Assembly (NCBI GenBank): GCA_965644265.1
Contig: OZ286470.1
Coordinates: 37,696,001-37,760,000 of the forward strand
From: Glycera tridactyla
Lineage: Eukaryota
Length of the DNA stretch: 64,000 bases
Reading direction: 5' to 3'
Positions 11,997-24,833 of the stretch are shown piece after piece. Every line of letters begins with the position of its first letter. The first letter of the stretch is position 1. The position numbers and the translations under genes are program-made. The notes under the pieces were generated by a model. It was not told where the DNA came from. It saw only the letters and a list, made by a program, of their open reading frames with translations, and did not search any database.

Positions 11997-12884
11997 CTGA
12001 AATCAGAAGAGGTAGATACAGTTCAAGTCACACATCCCTCAATGTGTTGCATTCAGAAGCATGTATCGTGACTCAAGTGGGCTTTCAATCAGGAAATGCA
12101 AACCAGGAATCAATGTCGGTTCCATACAGACTGACATCCATTATCACACATGTGAGCCACTAGATATATGACTCACCAAGCAAGATTTGATACATGATTC
12201 ATTGATTCATGAATGACAGAGTCTTATAGCATCTTCCCTACAGAATCACCTGCCTGTCTCCTCTCTCTGCCAACACACATTCGGTTTCATCCTAATTGAC
12301 ATGGACACATTCTTCATCCATTTGTTCCACGTGCAATTTTTCCGATATCAATGCATTTCCACCCTCCATTCATAACGAAAATACAATTTGGCTCAGGAGC
12401 TCTCATTAAGATGTCTTTCTTTGGGGAAATCCATCAAGACTACCCAAATTTCAAGACCAAGCTAATGACAGTAATGGTACAGCGAGTGTTGAAGTATAAA
12501 ATTTTTCATGGAATCATAGCAAGATATCTCTCACTGATCTTTCAGCTGCTCAAAATGCAGATTCATTTAGTGATTTAACTATGTCAATATTTTGCTTTGG
12601 ATCCTCTCATGTTTGTCCTGAGTTTCATGTCACATGGGACTCTGATATCAGAGGCGCACTAGATATCAATAACTCCGTGTACATATTCCATAACATCATA
12701 ACCAACGTGCACATCTTTTCATGGTTGCAACCCAATATCCCCACAAGATCATATACGCTTGGTGTTGGATGGACAGATATATGAATGGATGGATATAGGG
12801 CAGAAGAAAAGTAAGTCACAGGCAGACAGAGTGATATAGAGTCAGGCTGAGAGACAGACTGAAAAAGGCGATGAGATAAGAGAA

Positions 12885-13559
12885 NNNNNNNNNNNNNNNN
12901 NNNNNNNNNNNNNNNNNNNNNNNNNNNNNNNNNNNNNNNNNNNNNNNNNNNNNNNNNNNNNNNNNNNNNNNNNNNNNNNNNNNNNNNNNNNNNNNNNNNN
13001 NNNNNNNNNNNNNNNNNNNNNNNNNNNNNNNNNNNNNNNNNNNNNNNNNNNNNNNNNNNNNNNNNNNNNNNNNNNNNNNNNNNNNNNNNNNNNNNNNNNN
13101 NNNNNNNNNNNNNNNNNNNNNNNNNNNNNNNNNNNNNNNNNNNNNNNNNNNNNNNNNNNNNNNNNNNNNNNNNNNNNNNNNNNNNNNNNNNNNNNNNNNN
13201 NNNNNNNNNNNNNNNNNNNNNNNNNNNNNNNNNNNNNNNNNNNNNNNNNNNNNNNNNNNNNNNNNNNNNNNNNNNNNNNNNNNNNNNNNNNNNNNNNNNN
13301 NNNNNNNNNNNNNNNNNNNNNNNNNNNNNNNNNNNNNNNNNNNNNNNNNNNNNNNNNNNNNNNNNNNNNNNNNNNNNNNNNNNNNNNNNNNNNNNNNNNN
13401 NNNNNNNNNNNNNNNNNNNNNNNNNNNNNNNNNNNNNNNNNNNNNNNNNNNNNNNNNNNNNNNNNNNNNNNNNNNNNNNNNNNNNNNNNNNNNNNNNNNN
13501 NNNNNNNNNNNNNNNNNNNNNNNNNNNNNNNNNNNNNNNNNNNNNNNNNNNNNNNNNNN
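12885..13559. other. Assembly gap (675 N)
   Basis: N run. Flanks match 56288 and 57591, a 1.3-kb interval that contains A6 exon 1. Confidence 0.99.
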
Positions 13560-16132
13560 AGATACAATATAGGTATTCACAAGATAGACACCCTTGCTCA
13601 CTGATCCATCCAAAATGATTCATGAAGAAACTGTCAGAGGTCTGCATCGATATTATCAGAAGATGGTTGAATCGGGGATATGGGAGGACTGGACAATGGC
13701 TCATCCAATTTTGAGACTTCCGGGTAATGAAATGAAGGAAATCACTCAATCACGACCTTTCTGGGAGAGAGAGGGAGGGAGAAGAGCAATCGAGAGAGAG
13801 GAAGAGCGAGCAGAGAGTAAGAGAAAGAATAAACAAGAGAGCAAGGAAGGGAGAGAGGGTTGCACTTGGTTCAATGAGATAAATTTTGATCCAAGCAGCT
13901 GATGGTAGATACACAATGCATGATCAGTTGAGCTTATCAGACTCAGCCCAGGATCTCTCACACCAGGCCTTCCATTTTCTAATCATAATCAGGCAAGTAG
14001 GGGTGCCTTTCCAAGCTACGTGAGGTCAGTCCTAACCTTAGTCCATATGCATCCTTAATGGTTCTCAGCCTGGACCAATATGACAAGATCATTTTCCTCA
14101 GGAAAATTCCAGTTTTGAGAGCTCATTTCCATTCCCTTTTCATCACCAGTCACTTGAATATCACATGCGATGCAGACCATTCCTCACCATTGACCACACT
14201 CACTACACAATGGCAGATTCAACCTGATGTTCACTGCTCGTCAAACTTTCTGTGACCCAAACCTGCATGCAATCAGTCCATTGAGCACTGCACTGCATAG
14301 CATGGATGTTTGTTTCGGAGTCTTTACAAGTGAATTAGACCCAGATCAAGGCGTACACACTTGGGAGCCAATGAGATGAAGTAATACATATGTATAATCT
14401 GAGGACACATCATTGCACAGACGTAAGTTATTCAGATCTCAAATGTAGGGGTTGAATCATTCACTTTGCCAACTAAATAATTCAATCAATTATCGATCAA
14501 TATATTGGCATTGACAATAAATCAAACGAGCTGAACTTGGAACTCAATTGAGTCATGGATACGCATGTCTACTTCAGAGATTGTAATTTTGAAGAAATCA
14601 GATGTGAATCTCAAGAACCAGTGTGTATAAGCAGCATCGTTAATTTCTGATCGACATCTAATGTTCCTAGTGTCGATTGTGATCGGATACTTATCGTACA
14701 ACAGTAGGTATTCATTCAGATTCAATAAATCAAGATCTCAGACTCTGATTAGTTGGTTGGTTGTGTTTTTTTTGTTATATTGTGATGCCTGTGCGATAGG
14801 CATGGGTAAGAACTTTCAAGAATCCCTCTCCTGCATACCAAACAGAAAGTGAGATTACATATGAAATTCACAGATGCTCAAGTGTCATTTCTGCTTAGAC
14901 TCTGAACCACAATACATCAATCATTATTTCTTTAGCTGGCTGAGAGTTCCTCAGTAGCTCACCAGTGGCCAGTGGCCACTGATTCCCAACCTGAATTCAC
15001 GCCCCTCCAAACAGATAACACTCTCTATCACATCCATATTCACATAATTGCAATTTCTGAAATGGAACATAATTCGTTTTCAGGAAGTAAACAAGATTGC
15101 AAAATTAGAATTCAGGATCATTTGGTCATGAGATGGGAAGGGGTCTCATTATATGGTTGATGTTATATAACTCATAAAGCATGGGTTCTCATTCCATCGA
15201 TATCACTGTTGACCATGTATACGATGGACTGGTCAAGGATATTACCTGGGCGAACTGAGGTACTTCCTGTCACCTCAATATTGGCATATTCGTTAACCTT
15301 ATCTTTGTGGTATATTTGATTCATTTGTTCAGTTTAGATCAGAATTTCCTTTTTCGGACTAGTCTTTCATGACTGACAGTCATGGGCCTGATGAGACCTG
15401 ATGGACTTCATGATTGTGTATCTCATGCATCGATTATACATTTGCGTTGTGCAACAGACCTCAATTGCCTCATGTTGTGGGCTCATTTGAGATTCTAACA
15501 TTCATATATCTCGAAGTGCCGAGTGGGATAGAGGGAGTAGAGTGGGTCGGGGGGGGGGGGGAGGGGGTCACTCTTGCCATTGGAAACTGATGCAAACCCA
15601 TGTGGGCCCATATCATGCCAGATAGAGAGCATCCAGGACTATAATCGAAATTGATATGATTGGATGATGGTTCAGAGGTGTATCAGTTTCAACATCGGTA
15701 TCCCTATGTTAATTCTCTGCAAAACAAGAAGAGGGAGGGGCAAAAGCGAGCTGCCTGAGCATATGAGATGACAATGAGGGAGTGATGCAGAGGTAGCCAT
15801 CAATAGTTGGTTCTGTTTTGACATCACATCAGCACAATATGTTGAGACACCATGCAATGGGCACGAGTGGGCCCTACTTCTAGGTACCCGACAGGGGGTG
15901 CAATTTTATACGATTTACAGACACTCAGAGTCATTTCTGATTATGTAAATGGTCCAACATCATACTGGTGTTGAGAAACAATGATGTAGAAAGAGATCTG
16001 TGCTGATTCATGATAAATCATTCGATATTGATTTGCATGGGGTCTATATCATTTCTAATGCCTGGGTTCTTGAAGGAACATCATACGCTTGATCCTGTCT
16101 GTACAGATACTTCATCATTAATAAGGACAGTG

Positions 16133-16280
16133 AATTTCATAAATTTTCGCCTTCTGTTAGGGATCCAGAAGAAGGAGTCTTAAATGATCCCACCAATGCC
16201 CATTGCATGGGCGTCTCAATATAGCCCAGATGGAGCTGAAGTGACGTTAAAAGCCCAAACAAACAAACAAACAAAACAAA
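16133..16280 (+). mobile_element. Dispersed SINE-like 3' fragment (family ending GTGACGTTAAA..(CAAA/CCAA)n)
   Basis: TCTGTTAGGGATCCAGAAGAAGGAGTCTTAAATGATCCCACCAATGCCCATTGCATGGGCGTC..GTGACGTTAAAAGCCC(AAAC)n. Related copies at about 1220-1290(-), 5098-5800(+, interrupted), 9320-9445(+), 18205-18305(-), 36570-36640(+), 49015-49120(+), 58865-58988(-), 61675-61790(-) and 62140-62260(-). This copy is absent from the duplicated block at about 60290. Confidence 0.75.
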
Positions 16281-17562
16281 TCTCCCAGTAAGATCTTCAT
16301 CATGAAACGTGACTGAGAATGTCGTCCCGACTATCTGGAACCATCAAGTGCTTCACATTATAAACCATTGTTGGATAATGGGTTGCTAGCATTTTCAAAG
16401 TCGCACGTACACCATCTGAGCTATAACGAGACTCCTTTCCATGGGATTATTCAACACCTCCCGGGTAACCAACACGAAGTGAAAATGTATTGAATTCATA
16501 GAATTCATCTAATAATGAACCAGAGTCATAGTCAGTGCAGCACCAGTATGTTGCCGATTATTCCTGAAAATCGGCTCTGAATTCACTGATATAAGCACAG
16601 ATACTCATCATAAATATTGTTGCACATATTTCTCCAAATCGAAATCATCCTAGGTCTGGAGCATGAGTGACATCCAACTGATCAGGAGCAAGTTTGGGTC
16701 TGTTTGTCGACATGATGCAGCAGTCGAAGGCACAATGCTGCTAGGTGGCTTTTGACATCTATTATGGCACCATGTCACGATTCCATGTGTCAGCAACGAC
16801 ATGAAGGTATCATAGAATCAAACAACAATGAACTGATGTCCCCATGCTGAATTCGACAATTCTTCTTGGTAAAAATAGGTATAGTCTGTTGAATTCTATT
16901 TTGGTCATTACCAACATCAAATAATTTTCCTCGAATAAAGATCAGCATTGTTGCTACAGAAGAATGATTCATTAGATACAGGTGCCACAAAAGATGGCAA
17001 ACCAACTTTAGCTTGATTGGTGACTTTTGATATTGTTTGGGGAGCATATATGAATACAGAGTAGTCAGGATGCAGATACATGATCATTTGACAACCACAA
17101 CTCATAGTTTGGGGAAATGCATTTATTGTCATTTATCACATTTTCACAGAATATGACATATTACAGCATAGATATTCTTCGAAAACTTGTGAACCTACTC
17201 AGAATGGATGTGCTGGCGAACAACATCTCCCTCCTGGTGGAGTTGATTCAAACTCAAATACACAACATGAAATGAATGAAATCGGAGTTAGGGATCGTCA
17301 CACTACCAACTTGAACTGAAGAAGCTGTACCTTTCACATTGGACCAATATTGCAGACATCTGAGCGAAAGTTACTGAGGTTGAGGGCTCGCCAACCCAAG
17401 TTGGCTACACATATCATCAATTTTCGATTACTCAGTAAAATGGTTTAGTCTATTCAAGTCGCATCCCAACTTGCTTAATGATCACCATGCATTTGAGATT
17501 GACAAAGTTTTCTATTTCTTTCATCTAACATAATATTTTGATGTTCGGTTTCACATATGCAG

Positions 17563-17748
17563 TAAAAAACAGAAAACAACGGGGGAGACCACCAATAAGC
17601 TGGCTGAAGAGAATTGCAGAAGATCTGAAGATGTTGAATGTTGAGAATTCGGAGGAGCAGAAACACTAGCTAGTGACAGGAAAGCCTGGAGGGAGATGCT
17701 GGAGAGATTACGGAATGTCCAGAATGGAAACCGTCATTGATGATGATG
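17563..17748 (+). mobile_element. RTE-clade LINE 3' stub with (GAT)n tail and 8-bp TSD
   Basis: Translates RKQRGRPPISWLKRIAEDL... and, after a frameshift, LASDRKAWREML, the C-terminal RGRP..W...D / A.DR..WR pattern of RTE ORFs. ATATGCAG is duplicated at 17555-17562 and 17749-17756. The empty site is present at about 61555. Confidence 0.8.
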
Positions 17749-18378
17749 ATATGCAGCCCATTAAACCCAGATAGTTAAAAAAGCCTCGTCATATTTATTC
17801 CAATGTAACGAACAACATCTCACCATCTGTTATATCTCATCTTGGACAACCATTCAGACAACTTCGTTGAGACCATGTCCATGAAAAGTGGGAGGGTGTA
17901 GATTGATGAATTGGGATACATGGATTGTGTTCCATTTCCACAACATTGAACATGATAGATATGACAATATTGATAACAGGTATGGGAATGATAATGATCG
18001 TTGAGACGGATGATCATATCACCAATGATGATGATGATGATGATGATGATGATAGAAATCGTGATAACAACATTGATGACATTGATGACAATGAAGATTG
18101 CTACTACGATCTGAAGATTATGATGATAGGATATGGAAGGGAATGAGGAAGAGAAGGAGGAGAGGGGGCAGCAATGAGCAGCGGAGGGAGGAGGTCAGGA
18201 GGGCAGAGGATTGGTCGGTTGTTTGACGTCCCATGACCACCATCTCGGCTATGTTGGGATGTCCATGCAATGGACATAGGTGGGGTCATTCAAGATTTCT
18301 TCTTCTGGAGAGTAGGAGGAGGAATGGAAAAGAAGGAGGAGGACACAGGATTAGGCACTCCTCACAGGCCAGAACCCT

Positions 18379-21315
18379 TCAATGTTGTAGTGTAATATTC
18401 AGATGCAGGCATTCTTCAACTGTGCACATTGATACATAATCAGTCGAAGATTTCAGTTGAATGACCAGAACCACGTAGGACAACAGCGTGCTCGCAATCT
18501 GAAAATGTAAAATGTGAATACATTTGAAAACTTGACTTTGCTACGAGACATTTTCACAGAAACAGATAGGGAAGGAGCTACATGAGAAAACTGGGAGGAA
18601 ATGATAACATAGGCTGTCATTTGCAGGGAGAAAGATGAGTAGTCATGTAGCCCTCCTTGTCACTTGAAATGATTCATTGTCAAAAACAGATGTGATATCT
18701 TAAAGTTCAGTCAACAACATCCTCATCTTTGCCAGTGGCATCCTATCGTTCTCCATGAAAGATGTTGATGAAAATCATCATGGCTGCACCGATGTCTATC
18801 ACCGAGGACTCACCCATCACTGTTATATTCATCATTTCTGAACCTAAGCATGTATGATATCATCCATCGGTCATCACTTTGGGGAATTAGGATTTGGATG
18901 TACATGTAGACTACCCTAGACCACCAATCACTCAAACACTGACACAATACGCTTTCCCATGAGTGTCACCGTGCTTTCTCCGATAAGGAAAGGTGATGAG
19001 AATCACCATGGCTGCCCCTAATACCTATTTTACTCATCGTGACCAATCTGTATCATGTATCATCCCCTCAATGATAACAATTTAAATGTATGTAGTTGAC
19101 TTACTGAAATAAAGGCTGGCCTGTCCAAAGGCATTAGGTCGAGGATATGATAACCCACTTGTGACTCTCTCAGATGAGTTATGAATAGCATAACCTGTGG
19201 GCAGAAAACATCATAATCATGTATGAGGATGGTTGTATGATGTATGTTCTTGGAGATTCAACTATTGTATCCACAACAGGCTTCAAAACTCACGCACATT
19301 TCACAGATACTTTTATAAGATTATCCAACTCGATGGCTGGTTGGCTGGTTCATTATTTTACTTCTAGTCACCTGAAGATGAGCAAAAGTCGAAACGCCCA
19401 CGCTGAGGGCACGTATGGGATCCAATGAAAGATAAGAAAATATATGAAATTCACAGGAAGTCATCCCTGGTGTTCAGATAGGAGAAAGAGAGCAGACTTG
19501 TAGAGCTGTAACTGGCAGATGAGTCGGTAATCGAATGAGATAGTAGTATAATGCATGAAGTGGATTTCAGGTCATACTACCTCTAGATCGAGTGAACTTC
19601 GTTCTTCCGGTGAGAATCTCCATATTTTCATATTACATAGTAATTCCAAAGGATTTCCAGCCTGGAACATCGAAATGATATTTTCAAGTTATAGCATATG
19701 TATGATAGTACTTGTGATTCATGATTGATGGCGCATCTACCCATCTTGCAAATTTTTGAAACTGAATTTGAAAAGTGGCATGAGATAATGTCAGAAATAA
19801 GATTTCAACCTGCCTTGGACTCAATCAGTGAATTACTTTCTCCGGTCAATTGGTTACAATATTGATTGGTGGATAGCTTGGATGCTTCGTCAATCAATGA
19901 TGTCAACCTGTTGAAGGGTTGGTTTTCCAAAGAGACATATACAGGCAATACAGCCATTAACTGATAGTTCAAACTGCATTCAAGAAGATATCAAATCGAC
20001 ATTCATTTAGGCTACATAGAATTGATGGTTTCAATATTATACGACTGTTCTCACACAAAAACTGGGTATAGTGATATACTCATCCCACTGCAACAATCAC
20101 AGTGTTCAAAGCTTGCGTGAGGCCATTCTCTCTAAAAGTCGACTGTACAGTGACAGAGGAAGTATGATGAGGGCATGACTTGTTCTCAAGCATTCCCTAG
20201 TGATACCTAAGATCATTTCACAATAGCATAATCAAAATTGGGAGCGCTGGACACACGTTTCATTTGACAGCATGCTCCGCTAAGCTTCTTGAATGTATGT
20301 GTACGCTCTATGTTTTCATCAGGTACATACTCACCTCTCTATTGATGGCGATTGATGCTTTGTAAATACTCATAAAGAGGCATGTCTTGACGATGATCCA
20401 GAAGATCAATACCATCGCCTGGTTGACATCAGTTATGTTTTGAGAGAAAACATAGATGACCAGGCATACAAGGATCATCAAGGATATAGCTGAAAGTCCA
20501 ATACTGGAAAAACATGTCTTATTCACTCTCCTCACAATACTACAAAGATAGATATGCTTCTCCCTCAGTCGACCCAACTCTGGTGCAACTTGCTCATTTT
20601 CAGCCAAAATCTGACCAAGCTGAACTTTTATGTGTCTGAATTCTCTTGCAATTATCAAAGACACTGCCATCAAGTAAACATGCTCAAAAAGGCTGTTCAT
20701 TATCACAACACCATATATAATTGCAGTCAGGAAGATTAGGGTGGAGTAAGCAGAATCACCCTCATGGAATGGAAATGCCAGTAGTAATACTGAACTAGCG
20801 TGTACAGGATGAGATAATAATGAGTCAATGATGATTCCAAGAAGAAAGATAGTCAGCACCGATGCAACCCCAATGGTGGAGAATCGTATCAGCCAGAAAA
20901 TTATTTTCCTATAATTAAGATATTGTAGATTGCTGATCTTGATCATACTGATGAGAATCGGTTCCAGTGTCCTCCACATGAACAAGCCATATAGGAATGA
21001 CAGTATTGCTTGGAAGAAAATCAAAGAAGGAACAAAATAGATGAGCAGTGCTTCCAGTGTCCATTCACCCATGATCAATGCAATTAGTGTTTTTGCTGTT
21101 ACGGACAGGGCAAGAGCAGTCAGAATCGAACTATATACCACCTGGAATATACTTCTGAGATGGTGCTTTTCAGAATATCTATATGTGTATCCACCAAACC
21201 ACTGCATGGCAATGAAGAGTGGTTCGAAATCTTTGAGTATGCAGATAGGATCAGAGTCGGAGTCATCCATCTTCTCCATCCCATTAACTTGTGTCATTGA
21301 TGCTACCTTCGACAT
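18379..21315 (-). CDS. Gustatory receptor-like protein, subfamily B (B3), 423 aa
   Basis: Exons 21315-20335 (MSKVAS...ASIAINRE|gtgagt), 19661-19581 (AGNPLELLCNMKIWRFSPEERSSLDLE), 19194-19105 (VMLFITHLRESQVGYHILDLMPLDRPAFIS) and 18498-18379 (IASTLLSYVVLVIQLKSS...LNITLQH*). GT-AG, phase 0, open. The start Met is chosen by conservation with B4 and B0. Confidence 0.92.
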
Positions 21316-21796
21316 CTCTGAAAAGTATGAGAACACTGAATTGATCTTCTTGACGAGAGACAGGGATGAAATGTTCAGATTGTTGATGTGATTCTCAAAT
21401 GATGGATCCAGGCAGAAGGGATGGGTCCGAAATAGATGAGACTTTCTTTGACGTTTTATTGATATCATCATATGAACCTGTAATGATAGGAATAAAGAAT
21501 CCTCCAATCAATCGTCACTGATGATCATTTTCTATGGTCAATCAACTGTGTTCATTCAATGTAGAGTATAATGGGTGCGTTACCAACATATCTTCTTGTC
21601 AAGTTTCCTCGAGCTTGAACTTGTGTGAGGAATCACCCACAGAGTTTTCCATTCATCCTGGATATCAATATCTACATATTAAGATGCAGAAAAAGGGGGA
21701 GAGAGGGAGAGAGAGGGAGAAAAAGAGGAAAAGAGAGGGGAGAGATAGGGAAGGGAGAGGAAGAATGAGGGACAGAGGGAGAGAGAGAGGAGAGGG

Positions 21797-22029
21797 NNNN
21801 NNNNNNNNNNNNNNNNNNNNNNNNNNNNNNNNNNNNNNNNNNNNNNNNNNNNNNNNNNNNNNNNNNNNNNNNNNNNNNNNNNNNNNNNNNNNNNNNNNNN
21901 NNNNNNNNNNNNNNNNNNNNNNNNNNNNNNNNNNNNNNNNNNNNNNNNNNNNNNNNNNNNNNNNNNNNNNNNNNNNNNNNNNNNNNNNNNNNNNNNNNNN
22001 NNNNNNNNNNNNNNNNNNNNNNNNNNNNN
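21797..22029. other. Assembly gap (233 N) next to a GA-rich repeat
   Basis: N run preceded by a (GA)-rich tract at 21690-21796. Confidence 0.99.
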
Positions 22030-24395
22030 AGAAATTTGCTTAGCCAGACCAACAGTGCACTGTGGCGCCGACTCTAATATGGATACATGTCGCCAGAATT
22101 GCATTGTCTGACAATAACAGAACCTTGTGTTTTTGATATACTAATCTTATGTGTCCAGAGCAAGGACGATTGCTTCCAGCTCCAGAGTGCACCCGTAACA
22201 ACAGTGAAATACTGCTGCAATACCACCAGAGTCCAAGAACGTTGACTGCCTCATAACTATCGATAAAGTGTCCCTTGTTGGGGTAAAAAAATAAACACAC
22301 CCTGAATTAAGGCTGTCCAACTATTTCAGGTGTACATAATGCCAATGGAACACGAGGGCAATTCTACCTGTTGACCACTGACGATGGTCAAAACAAAGAA
22401 ATACCTACGTGTATGTAGGTATGCCAATACCACTGCAGTTACCATCAGGATGTTTATGTATTGGAGATGTGTGGAGATCCATCTAGTATGTAGATGGTTT
22501 AACACTATTACTGTGTGGGTTTAGATGTAGGTGCTTTAGAATAGGGTTGAAGAATCTAAGGGAGGCACAGGGACTGTATTGACTCCAAGGCGACATACAG
22601 AGTTCAGTATGGGATCATGCACATTATCTATGATACATTTTCTTCCTGGATCCTTAGCGAAAGGTAGAAATTCATGAAATTCAGACACTCAATGTATAAT
22701 CTCCCCTCCAGACTGGGTCACTTACCTGAGCTTATGTTGTGCTTAACATCAGACATCAACGAAAGCGAGCAAAGAATGAGAGTGATTGCATTCAATTAAC
22801 TCAGTGTCATCATTATATGGAACAGTGAATACTGGGAATCACCCCTGCTAAGAAAGCCCCTCAGTGCACTCTCCCAACTCGTGGCTGTGAAGTGAGAGTG
22901 TGTGATGACATGAGGTTTGGTGAGAGCGCTGGCTCTGGTGATGTGGTAATAGGCTCCCTATTATACCTTCGTCAATGTTGACCAACACAGAATAAATAAT
23001 TGGTCGCAATGTACATAAGTCACCTTCCGGAATATTATTCTGTATGGACTTACATATCACATAGACATAGATTTTTGCATTCTTAGTCTAGAATCCTAAT
23101 CCAAAAGAATTATTCTGGAAAAATTCTGAAATATGTCAGGAAATGCAAAGACATATGCAAATCCTTTACCACCATGATCTCACATAGTAGGACAACGAAC
23201 TACTCTTTCAGTCAGCTCGATAAAGCAGCATCCTCATGGGAATACACAGCCCCTCCCCCGAGCAGTGGTGGATACCATCGGCCCCATTTATGCTATATTG
23301 TGTCACCAATGCAATGGCAATGGGTGAGAACATTGGGGAATTTTTTTTCTGGGTGCCCAACGGAAGGAGAAAACTTATGAAATTCACAGACGCTCAAGAT
23401 GTCATCTCTCAACATCCTCTAGTGCCATACATGCTATATTGTGACGAGAAAGCAATTGTCCCAAATGGGACGTGAAAAGATATGGGAGGAATGAGTCCCT
23501 ACACATCTTGATGGGGAGGAGGAGAGGTGTGAGAAAGGGGATGGTTGATTGAAGCCTATCGCAGCATTTGAAAGCTGATGTCCACATTGTAGGTTTATTG
23601 GTACTCCAATTACTCAATGTCATATTTCAATAGTCGGTCGGTTGGAAGCGAGAAAAAAAGCAATGATGGAATAAACTGTGCTCAGATTCAGGAATTCAGG
23701 TGACTTATTCAAACAGCACATCACAAAAATCACCTCAGATATATTACCATATAATTATTTGCTCAATTGTAGTAGATGATTTTACACAGCTATATCTCAT
23801 ACCTCAGAAAAGTGTCATGATCATTCATGTCTAATGTCTCTTCAAATCCTTGAATGTACTGCATTTGAATGAACTCCAATCGAACACCTCACATCAGCAT
23901 TAATGTTGAAGGGCCGTCAGTCACATTTTGATATTGGAAGAGCCCATTCATGAAACATGGTTAACGGTGTTCGATATTTCCGTCATTGGGCATATCATAC
24001 AAGTTCCAGTCTTCATTATCAGCATTCAAAGTATGAGGTTGAGTTTGAAAACACTTTATTCGCAGAAGTATTGACCATGAATGTCATACAAAATGTTTGA
24101 GTGTACAAGTGTATCATTATAAACAGTAATCAGTGAACAGCATGAGAAATAACTGCAGAACATTATCGAAGCTGATTAGATATATAGTTGGTATATACAA
24201 ACGACGCTGTGCCGAACTCCATCAAATCGAGATGAGGCTGGTATGTGTTACATGATAAATTCACCATTATTTACCTGATCTAAGATCTGATGGCACAAAT
24301 GTATTGTATGGGTCTTCCGGCGATTATCAGACCTGGTTACAGTTATTCAACTTGCTTTCAAAGAGGTTGCGCCATCATTTCATCACATTTTTCTT

Positions 24396-24582
24396 GCCGC
24401 CTGCCTTGGTGGCTCATTGGTAGCGTACTGGGCCAGCATGCGATGGGTCTGGGGTTCAATCCCCGGTCCTACCATGCAGGAACGTTTCACCCTTCATCTT
24501 TGATCCTCCTTGGCAGGTGGTCTGATTTAGCCTACACAAGTGCAGAAAGTGGACCTAAAACCTCCCCATTTCCATTTCATTT
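24396..24582 (+). mobile_element. tRNA-derived SINE
   Basis: Pol III A box TGGCTCATTGG (24410-24420), B box GGTTCAATCC (24453-24462), a non-tRNA body and a (CATTT)n tail. Confidence 0.8.
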
Positions 24583-24833
24583 CTGGCAAATTCGCTGCAA
24601 TTATCCGAGAATATTTGTATGCGAAACAGTTGAGATATGGCAGCCGCACTTGCTGGGAATTGAGACAATTTTGGCGTTCTGAGGTGAAATAAACAATAGG
24701 GCTTTGCTGTGATCACAATCTCAGTCGTAGGAGATGTCAACAATGTCTGTATTTGAGTTTCATCTCGATCTGTATGCTTCTGATCTGTGAGTACAAAGAA
24801 GAGTGACAGTGATTATTGCCTCCACAAAAGTAA

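Noticed and set aside
12625-13749. Long ORFs of 241-374 aa spanning X runs (also near 21.5-22.1 kb and 25.9-26.2 kb)
   Set aside because: Artefacts of N gaps, which contain no stop codons.
18940-19030. Alternative last exon for B3 (VLGAAMVILITF..)
   Set aside because: It lacks the [T/S]Y..Q motif and is not conserved in frame in B7; the true exon 4 is at 18379-18498.
21316-21507. N-terminal extensions given by the ORF track for B3 (also B4 to 31060 and A6 to 57416)
   Set aside because: They begin at non-ATG or unconserved codons. Paralogs align only from MSKV/MSDA or MES/MER, which follow acceptor-like AGs.
24396-24470. Possible tRNA gene
   Set aside because: It has A and B boxes but no convincing cloverleaf, continues into a repeat body with a simple-repeat tail, and has a second truncated copy: a SINE.
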